Part shown: positions 27,066 to 36,970 of the stretch, piece after piece
Layout: every line of letters begins with the position of its first letter
Numbering within the stretch: position 1 is the first letter of the stretch
Source of the DNA: Rhina ancylostomus
Taxonomy: Eukaryota
Assembly: GCA_030265395.1 (NCBI GenBank)
Contig: JARFYF010000054.1
Span: 9,844,499 to 9,908,498 of the forward strand
Length of the DNA: 64,000 nt
Direction of reading: 5' to 3'
Notes under the pieces: model-generated
What the model saw: only the letters and a program-made list of their open reading frames with translations
Databases searched by the model: none
Told to the model about the DNA's origin: nothing
Translations under genes and position numbers: made by a program

Positions 27066-28265
27066 TTCAAACCAAGAATTCCACTTCTAATGCAGGTTAA
27101 ACAAGAGATTCAACAGCCTTTGCTTGCGTGACCACAATATTAATGAGTAACTGAGTTAATGAACACTGAGTAACGAACAATTAGTGAAACTTTGAAATGA
27201 ACCATTTAGTTACTTATTTAAAGACAGCTAAGCAGTAGCTTCCTATTACAATACTTCAATGTTGTCAGAAGCTTTAATTGTCACAATGACACCAAAAAGG
27301 TGCATAAAAGGTTGAAATAATATTTCCTGTTTGCTAACATATTAATATTGTGACTTTTTTTTTAAAGTGAGGGTGAAAAAAGTTCTGGAAACCGCCAACA
27401 ACATACTTCAAAAATAATTCCACTGCATTTTCATATTTAGATTATTAGACAAGTAAGGAAGCACACTTTACAACTCTCACTACTTCCACTACAAGTATTA
27501 CACTTGTTCACTATTGTCCAATTATCTGCACTTCAGTTCTTAATCTGCAATTAAGAAAGGAAAGACAGGAAAAAGGAAACAGTGTAGAAAGGGTGGGGGC
27601 TAAAACAGAGAGCAAAAAATACACTTATTTTATCCCCTCATCAGTGACAGGCCTAACTTTCAGTAAGTACTTGAATGTTAGATAACTCAGTAATATTTTC
27701 TTAGACACAATAAAATGTTCAGAGCTGCTCTCAGTGTTTGAATGGATATAGCCCAAAAAGTTATGTAATTCAATGAAACTAGAATATACCATGACCACTC
27801 AAATTATATATTTTTAAATGTTGCACAAAGGAAATGAAATAATAAACTGGAAAATAAAATTAAATATGATTTGTAAACAAATTCAGCTTCCTTGGCATGG
27901 TAACAAATTTATAATGTGAAAGCTGAACGTAAGAGATTAGAAGGAAGCCAGTCAAATTCAATCCTCATTTTTATAAATAATAGCTTAGATTTAAAGATAT
28001 CAAAAGGTACAACTTGCATCTATGTCATTGCCAAAACAGATGGAGGCATAACTCTCAATTTCTATCATTCTTTAGATCCCTGCTATAAGTGCATGAGCAC
28101 AATGAGTGCAGTTAGTTTGCTGATGGACATTCCCTGCCAAGGCTCCCTAGTAAATACACAATACATGAGCAAGGTATAACCTACTAAAAGTTGGAGAACT
28201 ATGAACCCGACTCACCAATGAATCTCTTCTTAGGAGAATATTAGTGGTTTTAAGGAAATACTTAC

Positions 28266-28397
28266 GGTAATATTCCACTTCACTAACCTAATTAAGTGAA
28301 GACTTGTCTTATTGGCTTCACAATGCCAACATGGCCAAGCAACGCAGCTGCAGACCAGTTTAATATTGCTCAGGTGCTGGGGAATGAATGACAGTAT
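28266..28397 (-). other. Candidate alternative 5'UTR exon of METTL16
   Basis: Strong acceptor tcttttctgtgactttaccttccag|AT and donor ACC|gtaagt giving 132 nt. A second donor TTG|gtgagt lies at 28216. Confidence 0.4.
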
Positions 28398-28932
28398 CTG
28401 GAAGGTAAAGTCACAGAAAAGACTATCACAATCTATTTAGTTTCCAAACTGAGATTGTAACTTCACACAAAGAAGATAAGCAGATTTGCTTTTCCAAAAA
28501 GTCACTCTTCCAATTACTAGAGGCGACACGTAACATTCAGGCACATAATGCTTGCTACTCTTCAACAGCAGTTATATTGATGAAAGAAGCAAACATCTTT
28601 TGACCCAAACAGAAATACACAATAAACCTATTGCTTTGCTCACTGCAAAGGATCAAGTATCAGAAAATGGGCCATATAAGAAAGCATTATGAATTTATTT
28701 GAGATCAGAAGTTATTGAGATCAAAATATAGTAACATTACAATAAAATTACAGTATAGCAAGAATAAGTAGATTCCTTTTTTTAATGTTTACGTTTTAGT
28801 TTAACCCACATTGTATTCTCTGGGATTCAATTTCATTCTTTCCCAGGTTCATGTGATTACAATTAATATTGATTCACTGAAAACCTTATTAACACAGTAA
28901 ATCTGATACTCAACTACGATCCTCCTCCTTAC

Positions 28933-29060
28933 CCACTCCTCAGCTTTAGCACTGTGCTAAACAATTACAAGCCTCTCGTGTGTCAGAGCATTGAAAAACT
29001 ACAGGCCTCAGCAGCTGCGCACAAAACCATCCTGAAGTGCGACCCGGAAGCATCTCCTTC
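28933..29060 (-). other. METTL16: Probable non-coding exon 1 of METTL16 (5' boundary uncertain)
   Basis: Donor TGG|gtaagg at 28933/28932 at the edge of a locally CpG-enriched non-repeat patch, 4.5 kb upstream of the coding exon, which needs an upstream exon because it starts with an acceptor. Confidence 0.6.
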
Positions 29061-29400
29061 ATCTCCGTGCGTCAGAACAGAGCGTTGCACAATTACTCCA
29101 TTGAATCGATCATTACATAACAACGTTAGCTCTGTGCATGCTACTACAATACATAAGTCAACATAAAGGAAACGCCAGGTGACATTTACATTTGGTAAAT
29201 CTGTCACGCCATAAAAATCCCCGCTGACTTTTTCCCCCTGATTTTTAATCTCATTCTTTTATATGTATTTATGTTTCTGTTCCCCCTTCTTCAAGAGGAT
29301 GGCTTGTTCTGGGACCTTGTTACCCAGTAATAACTGGACAGGAAGGACAACTACGAAAATGGCTGTGTCGATAAATAATTCCTCACGTAGCTTTATCCAA
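29010..29400 (-). promoter_or_regulatory. Probable METTL16 promoter (weak CpG island)
   Basis: CpG enrichment against a CpG-depleted background. ETS/GABP core CCGGAAG at 29044-29050, TGCGCA near 29016-29021, YY1-like AAAATGGCT at 29356-29364. Confidence 0.55.
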
Positions 29401-29666
29401 AATAAAGTGTTAAATAATAATTTACCAAATAAAGGTATGGCTATTAATCAGGTGTATTTTTTTCTCTCATTTTTCCTTGCTTGCATAAAATATGAGATAT
29501 GATTCTTTTCAGTTTTTAACCTATCATTTACACTTCATCCAAACCATGCTGGTGAAAAAGATACTAACAAAAGACTCATAAAAATCTAATAATTTCTTCA
29601 AAACAAAGCAATAGGCAGATGCTGGAAATCTGAAATAAAAAGTAAATCTTAATTCAAACTACTTCA

Positions 29667-29797
29667 CAGGTGAAGCAGCAAATCACCTGTGGTTCTTGCA
29701 ATTTACCGTATTGCATTTGGTCATTACCATGTGGTGTCCTTTACATTGGAGAAACCAAACACAGATTGAATGTCTTCAGAACACTTCCATTCAGGTC
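29667..29797 (+). mobile_element. Penelope-like element, GIY-YIG endonuclease fragment
   Basis: Translates QVKQQITCGSCNLPYCIWSLPCGVLYIGETKHRLN. Confidence 0.8.
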
Positions 29798-30099
29798 ACT
29801 GTGATGTCCCTCAGTGCTACTTCCAGTGTTTCTTTGAAATGTCACTCAACATGAAAAAGCACACTAATTCATCTTGTTGTAATAGGAGGAGGTTTCCTTG
29901 CCCATGTTTGATCTGATGATATGAGACTTCATGGGATCCAGATTCAATGAGGAAGACTCCCAGGATAAGCTCTCCTCTGTTCTTGGCTTTCAATGGGGTG
30001 TTTTTTTTTGTTGTAGATGGCCTGGAGAGTGCTGAAAACATCCACACATGTGATTGTTATTGGTGAGCAGCTGGATCCCCTGCTGCCTTCTGTTCTTTC

Positions 30100-30990
30100 A
30101 GTCATGGTCTTGTTCTTATTGGACGTCAGCCTTCAGGAACATGTGGAGCTGACTTTCTCCCATGAAACATGCTGGAGTTTCTAAACTAAGAAGGTGTGCG
30201 TTTAATTACCTCCTGGATCTCCTGATGGTTCTCATCCTGGTGTTTTAAGGTGGAGGAATCATTAGTCTCTTCACAATCAATAACTATGGTGGATCCTCAG
30301 TAGTCCAGCACTGCGCACATCATGATTTGCTTCTCTTGGTTTGGTGATTCTCAGCTTGTCCAACAGGCAGTGTCTGAGAAGAGCTACCATTGCACAGTCC
30401 TTTAGACCTTTGACATTGATTGTCCCTGTAGCATTGTTTCTGTTCCTACCTTTATTTTGGGCACAGCTGATGGAGGTAAGAGCTGAGTGAGAAGTGACCA
30501 GTGCAGCAGTACCTGTCATGAAACAGGGAATGCCGATATTCTTGTAATCTCTTTCTTGGTCACTGACATAAATTAACACATGCCTGTGCCTGGACCGGAG
30601 TGTTGCCACAAGGTCTAATATTTGCCTGACAAGATGGTGTTGGTTATGACACTGCTGGGTTCCAAGCATTTCATCCAGAGGAGGACTCCATTAGAGTTAG
30701 CTTTCCCTACTCCTTGCTTGTCAACCTCATCATTCCAGAGGTTTGTGCCCTTCTGAATCCTTGGATTGAAGTTTCTCAGGAGGATCTGTTTGTCTCCTTT
30801 TCGCACACTGGCCAAGGTTCTCTTCAGGTTGAAATAGAAATCCTCCTTTGTCTCATTCACAGCCTGCAGGGTTGGGACGCATACGCTAATGACCTGATTG
30901 TGCTGGTTCTGCATTAGAGTGATTCAGAGGATCATCGCTGAGATGCCTGACCAGCCCATTCTTGATAGCGAAACCCAACAAGTGAAGACA
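30100..30990 (-). mobile_element. RTE-clade LINE, AP endonuclease fragment
   Basis: ISVCVPTL...KEDFY...GDKQILLRNFNPRI...GVGKANSNGVLL...VITNTI. Confidence 0.85.
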
Positions 30991-31159
30991 CGCTTACCTT
31001 CCAGTTTTCCCAAATTTCATATTCAGGAGTGCAAGATGCCTTAGTATTTTAACATAGGATGGCTGTTGCACACGACCTATCCCTTGAGCTTGACAGATTA
31101 AAGCCTTGGTCCAGTAGCTAGAGGGTCCAAGACAATTTGAAACCAGTCTCTGCTGCATG

Positions 31160-31259
31160 GACGTTAACACATGCACATATGCAGACATGTACACAAACAT
31201 CTGTCATCGCACATGACACATACATGCACGCACACACGCAGGTGTACTCAAGTGCATAT
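31160..31259. repeat. Degenerate (CA)/(CATG) simple repeat running into a gap
   Basis: acacatgcacatatgcagacatgtacac...cacacacgca. Confidence 0.7.
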
Positions 31260-32039
31260 NNNNNNNNNNNNNNNNNNNNNNNNNNNNNNNNNNNNNNNNN
31301 NNNNNNNNNNNNNNNNNNNNNNNNNNNNNNNNNNNNNNNNNNNNNNNNNNNNNNNNNNNNNNNNNNNNNNNNNNNNNNNNNNNNNNNNNNNNNNNNNNNN
31401 NNNNNNNNNNNNNNNNNNNNNNNNNNNNNNNNNNNNNNNNNNNNNNNNNNNNNNNNNNNNNNNNNNNNNNNNNNNNNNNNNNNNNNNNNNNNNNNNNNNN
31501 NNNNNNNNNNNNNNNNNNNNNNNNNNNNNNNNNNNNNNNNNNNNNNNNNNNNNNNNNNNNNNNNNNNNNNNNNNNNNNNNNNNNNNNNNNNNNNNNNNNN
31601 NNNNNNNNNNNNNNNNNNNNNNNNNNNNNNNNNNNNNNNNNNNNNNNNNNNNNNNNNNNNNNNNNNNNNNNNNNNNNNNNNNNNNNNNNNNNNNNNNNNN
31701 NNNNNNNNNNNNNNNNNNNNNNNNNNNNNNNNNNNNNNNNNNNNNNNNNNNNNNNNNNNNNNNNNNNNNNNNNNNNNNNNNNNNNNNNNNNNNNNNNNNN
31801 NNNNNNNNNNNNNNNNNNNNNNNNNNNNNNNNNNNNNNNNNNNNNNNNNNNNNNNNNNNNNNNNNNNNNNNNNNNNNNNNNNNNNNNNNNNNNNNNNNNN
31901 NNNNNNNNNNNNNNNNNNNNNNNNNNNNNNNNNNNNNNNNNNNNNNNNNNNNNNNNNNNNNNNNNNNNNNNNNNNNNNNNNNNNNNNNNNNNNNNNNNNN
32001 NNNNNNNNNNNNNNNNNNNCGGTGCTCGTGTGGGGGGGG

Positions 32040-32189
32040 GTTGCATTTGAAGTGACTGGCAACAGGGAGATGCAGACCATGGTTACATACAGAGCACAGG
32101 TGTTCTGCGAAATGGTCAGCTAGTCTGCATTTGGTCTCACCAATATAGAGGAGACAACACTTGGAGCACCAAATGCAGTAGATGATATT
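32040..32189 (-). mobile_element. Penelope-like element, GIY-YIG endonuclease fragment
   Basis: Reverse strand translates NIIYCIWCSKCCLLYIGETKCRLADHFAEHLCSVC. Confidence 0.88.
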
Positions 32190-33845
32190 AAGGGTTGTTT
32201 TCCCTGGAGTGCTGGAGGCTGAGGGGAGACCTGATAGAAGTTTATAAGATTATGAGAGGCATGGAGTAGACAGCCAGTATCTTTTTCCCAGGATCAAAAT
32301 GTCTAATACTAGAGGGCATGCATTTAAGGTGAGAGGGGTTAAGTTCAAAGGAGACATGCAAGGAAAGTTTTTTTTAACAGAGTGGTAGTGGAGGCAAAAA
32401 CCACTACACAGAGAGTGGTAGTGGAGGAAAATACAATTCCCAGGGATGGTAGTGGAGGCAAATACAACAGCAGTGTTTAAGAGGCTCTTATATAAGCACA
32501 TGAATATGCAGAGAATGGAGGGATATGGACCTTGTGTAGGCAGATGGGACTAATTTAATTGGGTGTTCAATTACTAGTTTAATTAGTTCATCACATCGTG
32601 GTCCGAAAAGCCTGCTCCTGTGCTGCAGTGTTCTATGTTCTATGGATAGAAGACTGACTGGCTAACCATAAAAAGAGAGTAAATGTAAACGGAACTTTTT
32701 CTGGTTGGCAATTTGTAATGAATGGCATGTCAGGAGGATCAGTGCTGGAGCCTCAACTTTTTAAAATTTATATAAATGATGGATGAAGGCACTGAGGGTG
32801 TGGTTGCTAAATTTGCTGATGACACAAAATTGAGTAAGCAAGTAAGTTGTGTAGAGGACATGAGGAAGCGACAAAGGGATAGACATAGGTTTTGTGAGTG
32901 GTCAAAGGTCTGGCAAATAGAATCATAGAGCAATACAGCATGGATACAGGCCTTTTGGCCCAACCAGTCCATGCCAACCACTTTGTCCACCCAGCTAGTC
33001 CCAATTTCCTGCATTCAACCCATATCCCTCCAAGCCCCACCCTTCCAAGTTCCAATCCAAGTATTTCTTAAATTATATTGTGCAAAGCATAACACGAGTT
33101 AACATTTCCAATTGAAGATCCTTCATCAGAGATCTGATGGTCTTTGACCTGAAACATTAACTCTGTTTCTCTTTCTACAGGTGCTACCTGACCTGAGTGT
33201 GCCTACCATATTTTGTTCTTGTTAAATGTTTCTAGCATCTCCAATGTCATTTATTTTCACTTAATAGGGAGGCTTAGCTTTAGGGATAGAGGGCATTGAT
33301 GAGAGGTGGTATATGCAATACTCGTCCCCTTATTTAAAGAAAAATGTAAACGCATTAGCAGTTCAGAGAAAGTTTACCAGACTATTACCTGAAATGGATG
33401 GGTTGTCTTATGAGTAAAAGTTAGGCAGGCTGGTCTTGTACCCACTGGAGATTAGAAGAGTGTGAGACATTTATTAAAACAGATTCTGAGGGGTCTTGAC
33501 ATGATGGATACAAAGAAAATGTTTTCTCTTGTGGGAGAATCCAGAACAAGCTCGCTACCACTTTATTTAAAACTGAGGAATTGCCCATTTAATACAGAAC
33601 TGATATAAACTTTCTATCAGAGGTTCTCACATCTTTGGAACTCTCTTTTTAAAGGTGGTGAATGCTGTATCTTTGAATACTTTTAAGGTTAAAGGGTGGT
33701 AATTTCTTGAGAATCCTGGTGAAAGATTACTGTGGGTGGATGGGAATGTGGAGTGGAGGTTAGAATCAGATCAACCATGATCACTTAAATTATAGTGTAG
33801 GATTGAGCAGTTGAGTGAACTACTCCTGCTCCTAATTTGTATGTT
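32190..33845 (+). mobile_element. Cluster of CR1 fragments with nested insertions
   Basis: CR1 3' end at 32190-32645. An older CR1 RT (AKFADDTKL) runs 32645-33845, interrupted by a reverse CR1 tail (32918-33075) and an inverted Penelope repeat (33095-33260). Confidence 0.85.
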
Positions 33846-34167
33846 TCCGCTCTCAGTAAAAATAATTGGGTAGAAAGTACACAGGTGGAGCATGATCAGC
33901 TTGTCTGAGACTCCCTCTCACTTCAAGTAAAATTGCTGGAAGATGCTCAGTATCTTGACGTTCACATATCAAACAGCCATGCGGACAAAAACCCAGTGAT
34001 TAAAATGTTTCTCAGCAGAAATAGGTTTGGTGGGAGGGGTAGGTGGTGGTTAATGGAACGTGAAGCAAAAAGGAATACTTCCAAAGAAACAAAGTAAACT
34101 AAAACATATACCTGATTTGTTCTACCATATTTTTCCAAGTACTAATGTCTTACAAAGAAAAGAAAGA

Positions 34168-34460
34168 AACTTACTTGTATTTGCAAAGTACCCTTCATGT
34201 CCTTTTCAAAATGTCCCAAAGTGATCAATCACTGTTGAAGTACTTTTAAGTATAATCAGTGTTGTAATGTTGGAGTTACCGCAGCTAATTTGCATGCAGA
34301 AGGGTCCAACAAATAACAAAGGGATATTGAGCTGGAAATCTGCTTCAGTAAATATTGATTGGGGGAATAAATATTGAAGATGCCATGAACTGGAACTATG
34401 ACATTCTGTAAAAGGGAAACTGTGCCATGGCTGATATTAGATTTAAATTTCACTGTCTGA
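34168..34460 (-). mobile_element. DeuSINE-like (SacSINE1/AmnSINE-type) element
   Basis: Reverse of tgcaaattagctgc...cattacaacactga...aagtacttc...tttgggacat. Related copies at about 43360-43690 (-) and 48020-48285 (+). Confidence 0.65.
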
Positions 34461-34509
34461 CTTGATTAATCTTCAACTGCAAGATCAACTTGCCAGATGA
34501 AACGGATTA

Positions 34510-34700
34510 TTCATATGTCAGCAAAAATTATTGGAAACACTCAGTTGATCAAATAGCATCTGCAGAAAGATAAACAGGTATTGTTTCAAGTCCAGGACCC
34601 TTCATTAAAATTGGGAAAGAGAGAAAGTTAGTTTTGAGCAGCAAAGAAGGTAGGGTACGGAATAGGTAGGACAAGGGGAACATCTCCAATGGGGCAAGAC
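34510..34700 (-). mobile_element. Penelope-derived terminal fragment
   Basis: ggaaacactcag...agcatctg...gtttcaagtccaggacccttcatt. Confidence 0.6.
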
Positions 34701-36004
34701 AAAATGACTTGATGTGGCAGTTAAGATGTTACAACGAGGCCGAAGCAAGTTCAAGGAACAACTAGTTAGCTGAAGAACAAAAAATTAAATTAATGTAAAT
34801 GGGTGGTTGATGGTCAGCACAGACTTGTTGGGTTAAACAGCCTGTTCCCATGCCTCATCCCTCTATGGCATTTTAAAATTATTTTCAAGATCTGGACATA
34901 GCTGACAAGGCTGGTATTTTTGCCCATCCCTAATTACCCTTGAAAAGGTGATGAACAGTTACAGCTCCTTTAGAGAAGGTACTCCCAAGAGTACCACATG
35001 AGGAGTTCCAGAATTTATGCTCAACTACTATGTATTTCCATGTCAGCATGGTATGGGGCTCAGAGAGGATCCTGCAATTGTGGTGTTCCTGCTGCCCTCG
35101 TCCTTCTTGGCAATAGAGGTCATGGGTTTCTGTTGAAGTAGCCTGGATGAGTAATTGCAGGCATTAAAATTAATGTTTTAGGTGGTTGATGGGGTGCTAA
35201 TCAAGCTTCGTTATGAGAGCTGTTGGCTTTGCACTCATCTAGGCAAGTGGAGAGTATTCACTAGGCTCTTGACTTGCGCCTTGTCGATGGTGCAAAGTAA
35301 CTCATCTGGCCTCTGATCTGCACTATTTGATTGATTGTCAGGTCAATGGTGATTCCAGATACAAGATCAAAAGACAAAATGACTTGATGTGGCAGTTAAG
35401 ATGTTACAACGAGGCAAAAGCAAGGTCAAGGAACAACTAGTTAACTTAAGACTTTAAAAAAATGGACAACTTTAAAAAAGTGGACAAATTGGAGATATAA
35501 AAAAATGCTCTTTATAGTGCTAAAGCAGTTAATGTAGAACAGACCATGGAATTACAAAATGGGCACTACCCAGAAACTATTCAGCCTATCAAGACTGTAC
35601 TAGCTCCAAGGACATCAGCAAGTCCTACTGTCTGCCCTCTCTCCATAGGTTTGCAAATTATTTTCTTTCGGATCCTTATTCAGCTTATTTTTGAAGACTA
35701 CAAATTAATCTGCCTCCTCCAACACCCTTGGAAGATAATAAGCACTCTGTGCCAGTTCATAAAATAGAAGGGGTGGAAACGCAGCAACGCCTCTGCTCTA
35801 CCCCCACACAATCATCCACCCGCCTGAAGACTTGTCTCTGATGTGAGAAGATGGGAAATAACATGGTTCCTTTCAAAACCCCACTATTCCCCTCATTAGG
35901 CCAGAAATAAAAAAACCTTTCATGAAGATACGTTCAGGTACAAAGACAATATCATTCAATAAATAAGATTCTAATAGCAATCATGCCCACACCTCTCAAA
36001 TTTT

Positions 36005-36970
36005 CTCAAAAGCGCGCGTTTTGAAGTCCATCAACGTCGTCACAACCCGACNNNNNNNNNNNNNNNNNNNNNNNNNNNNNNNNNNNNNNNNNNNNNNNNN
36101 NNNNNNNNNNNNNNNNNNNNNNNNNNNNNNNNNNNNNNNNNNNNNNNNNNNNNNNNNNNNNNNNNNNNNNNNNNNNNNNNNNNNNNNNNNNNNNNNNNNN
36201 NNNNNNNNNNNNNNNNNNNNNNNNNNNNNNNNNNNNNNNNNNNNNNNNNNNNNNNNNNNNNNNNNNNNNNNNNNNNNNNNNNNNNNNNNNNNNNNNNNNN
36301 NNNNNNNNNNNNNNNNNNNNNNNNNNNNNNNNNNNNNNNNNNNNNNNNNNNNNNNNNNNNNNNNNNNNNNNNNNNNNNNNNNNNNNNNNNNNNNNNNNNN
36401 NNNNNNNNNNNNNNNNNNNNNNNNNNNNNNNNNNNNNNNNNNNNNNNNNNNNNNNNNNNNNNNNNNNNNNNNNNNNNNNNNNNNNNNNNNNNNNNNNNNN
36501 NNNNNNNNNNNNNNNNNNNNNNNNNNNNNNNNNNNNNNNNNNNNNNNNNNNNNNNNNNNNNNNNNTGAGGCTGATTAAACGCGGCGCCGGGTGGAGGGAA
36601 AAAACGCCGGGGATGGGTGGGTGGGAGGGAGGGAGGGAGGGCTTCCTTTCAGATTATGTGGCTGCTGCCTTGCTGTGTGGTAATAAAATGGCGTCCGGCC
36701 GTTGGTAAAACCTTCAAATGATCCGGGTCTATCGTTACTGGTGCCTTTTTCCACGACCTTTGGGTACCTTTCATACGCAGCCCTTGAAATCATCACAAAG
36801 TCGCCGACGTGGCCTTTCAAGAAACGGACATCCATTTTTTTTTATTTGTTCCATTATTTTTTCGCTGAGAGTTTGACCCAATTCCTTTCTATGTACGAAA
36901 AATGCAGGTTGGTGTTTTTTTTTCCACTCTGCTGGTGTGGCCGACGCCCGGGTACTAGGCGTAACAGATC
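36005..36970 (+). promoter_or_regulatory. PAFAH1B1: PAFAH1B1 CpG island/promoter; exon 1 probably inside the N gap 36052-36565
   Basis: CpG-dense sequence on both sides of the gap (agcgcgcg, cgtcgtc; cgcggcgccggg), G-runs, YY1-type AAAATGGCG at 36685-36693, then a T-rich intron-like tract leading to exon 2. Confidence 0.7.

Noticed and set aside
27400-27545. Strong minus-strand acceptor (cctttttcctgtctttcctttcttaattgcag) in METTL16 intron 1
   Set aside because: Only a weak donor follows and there is no other support.
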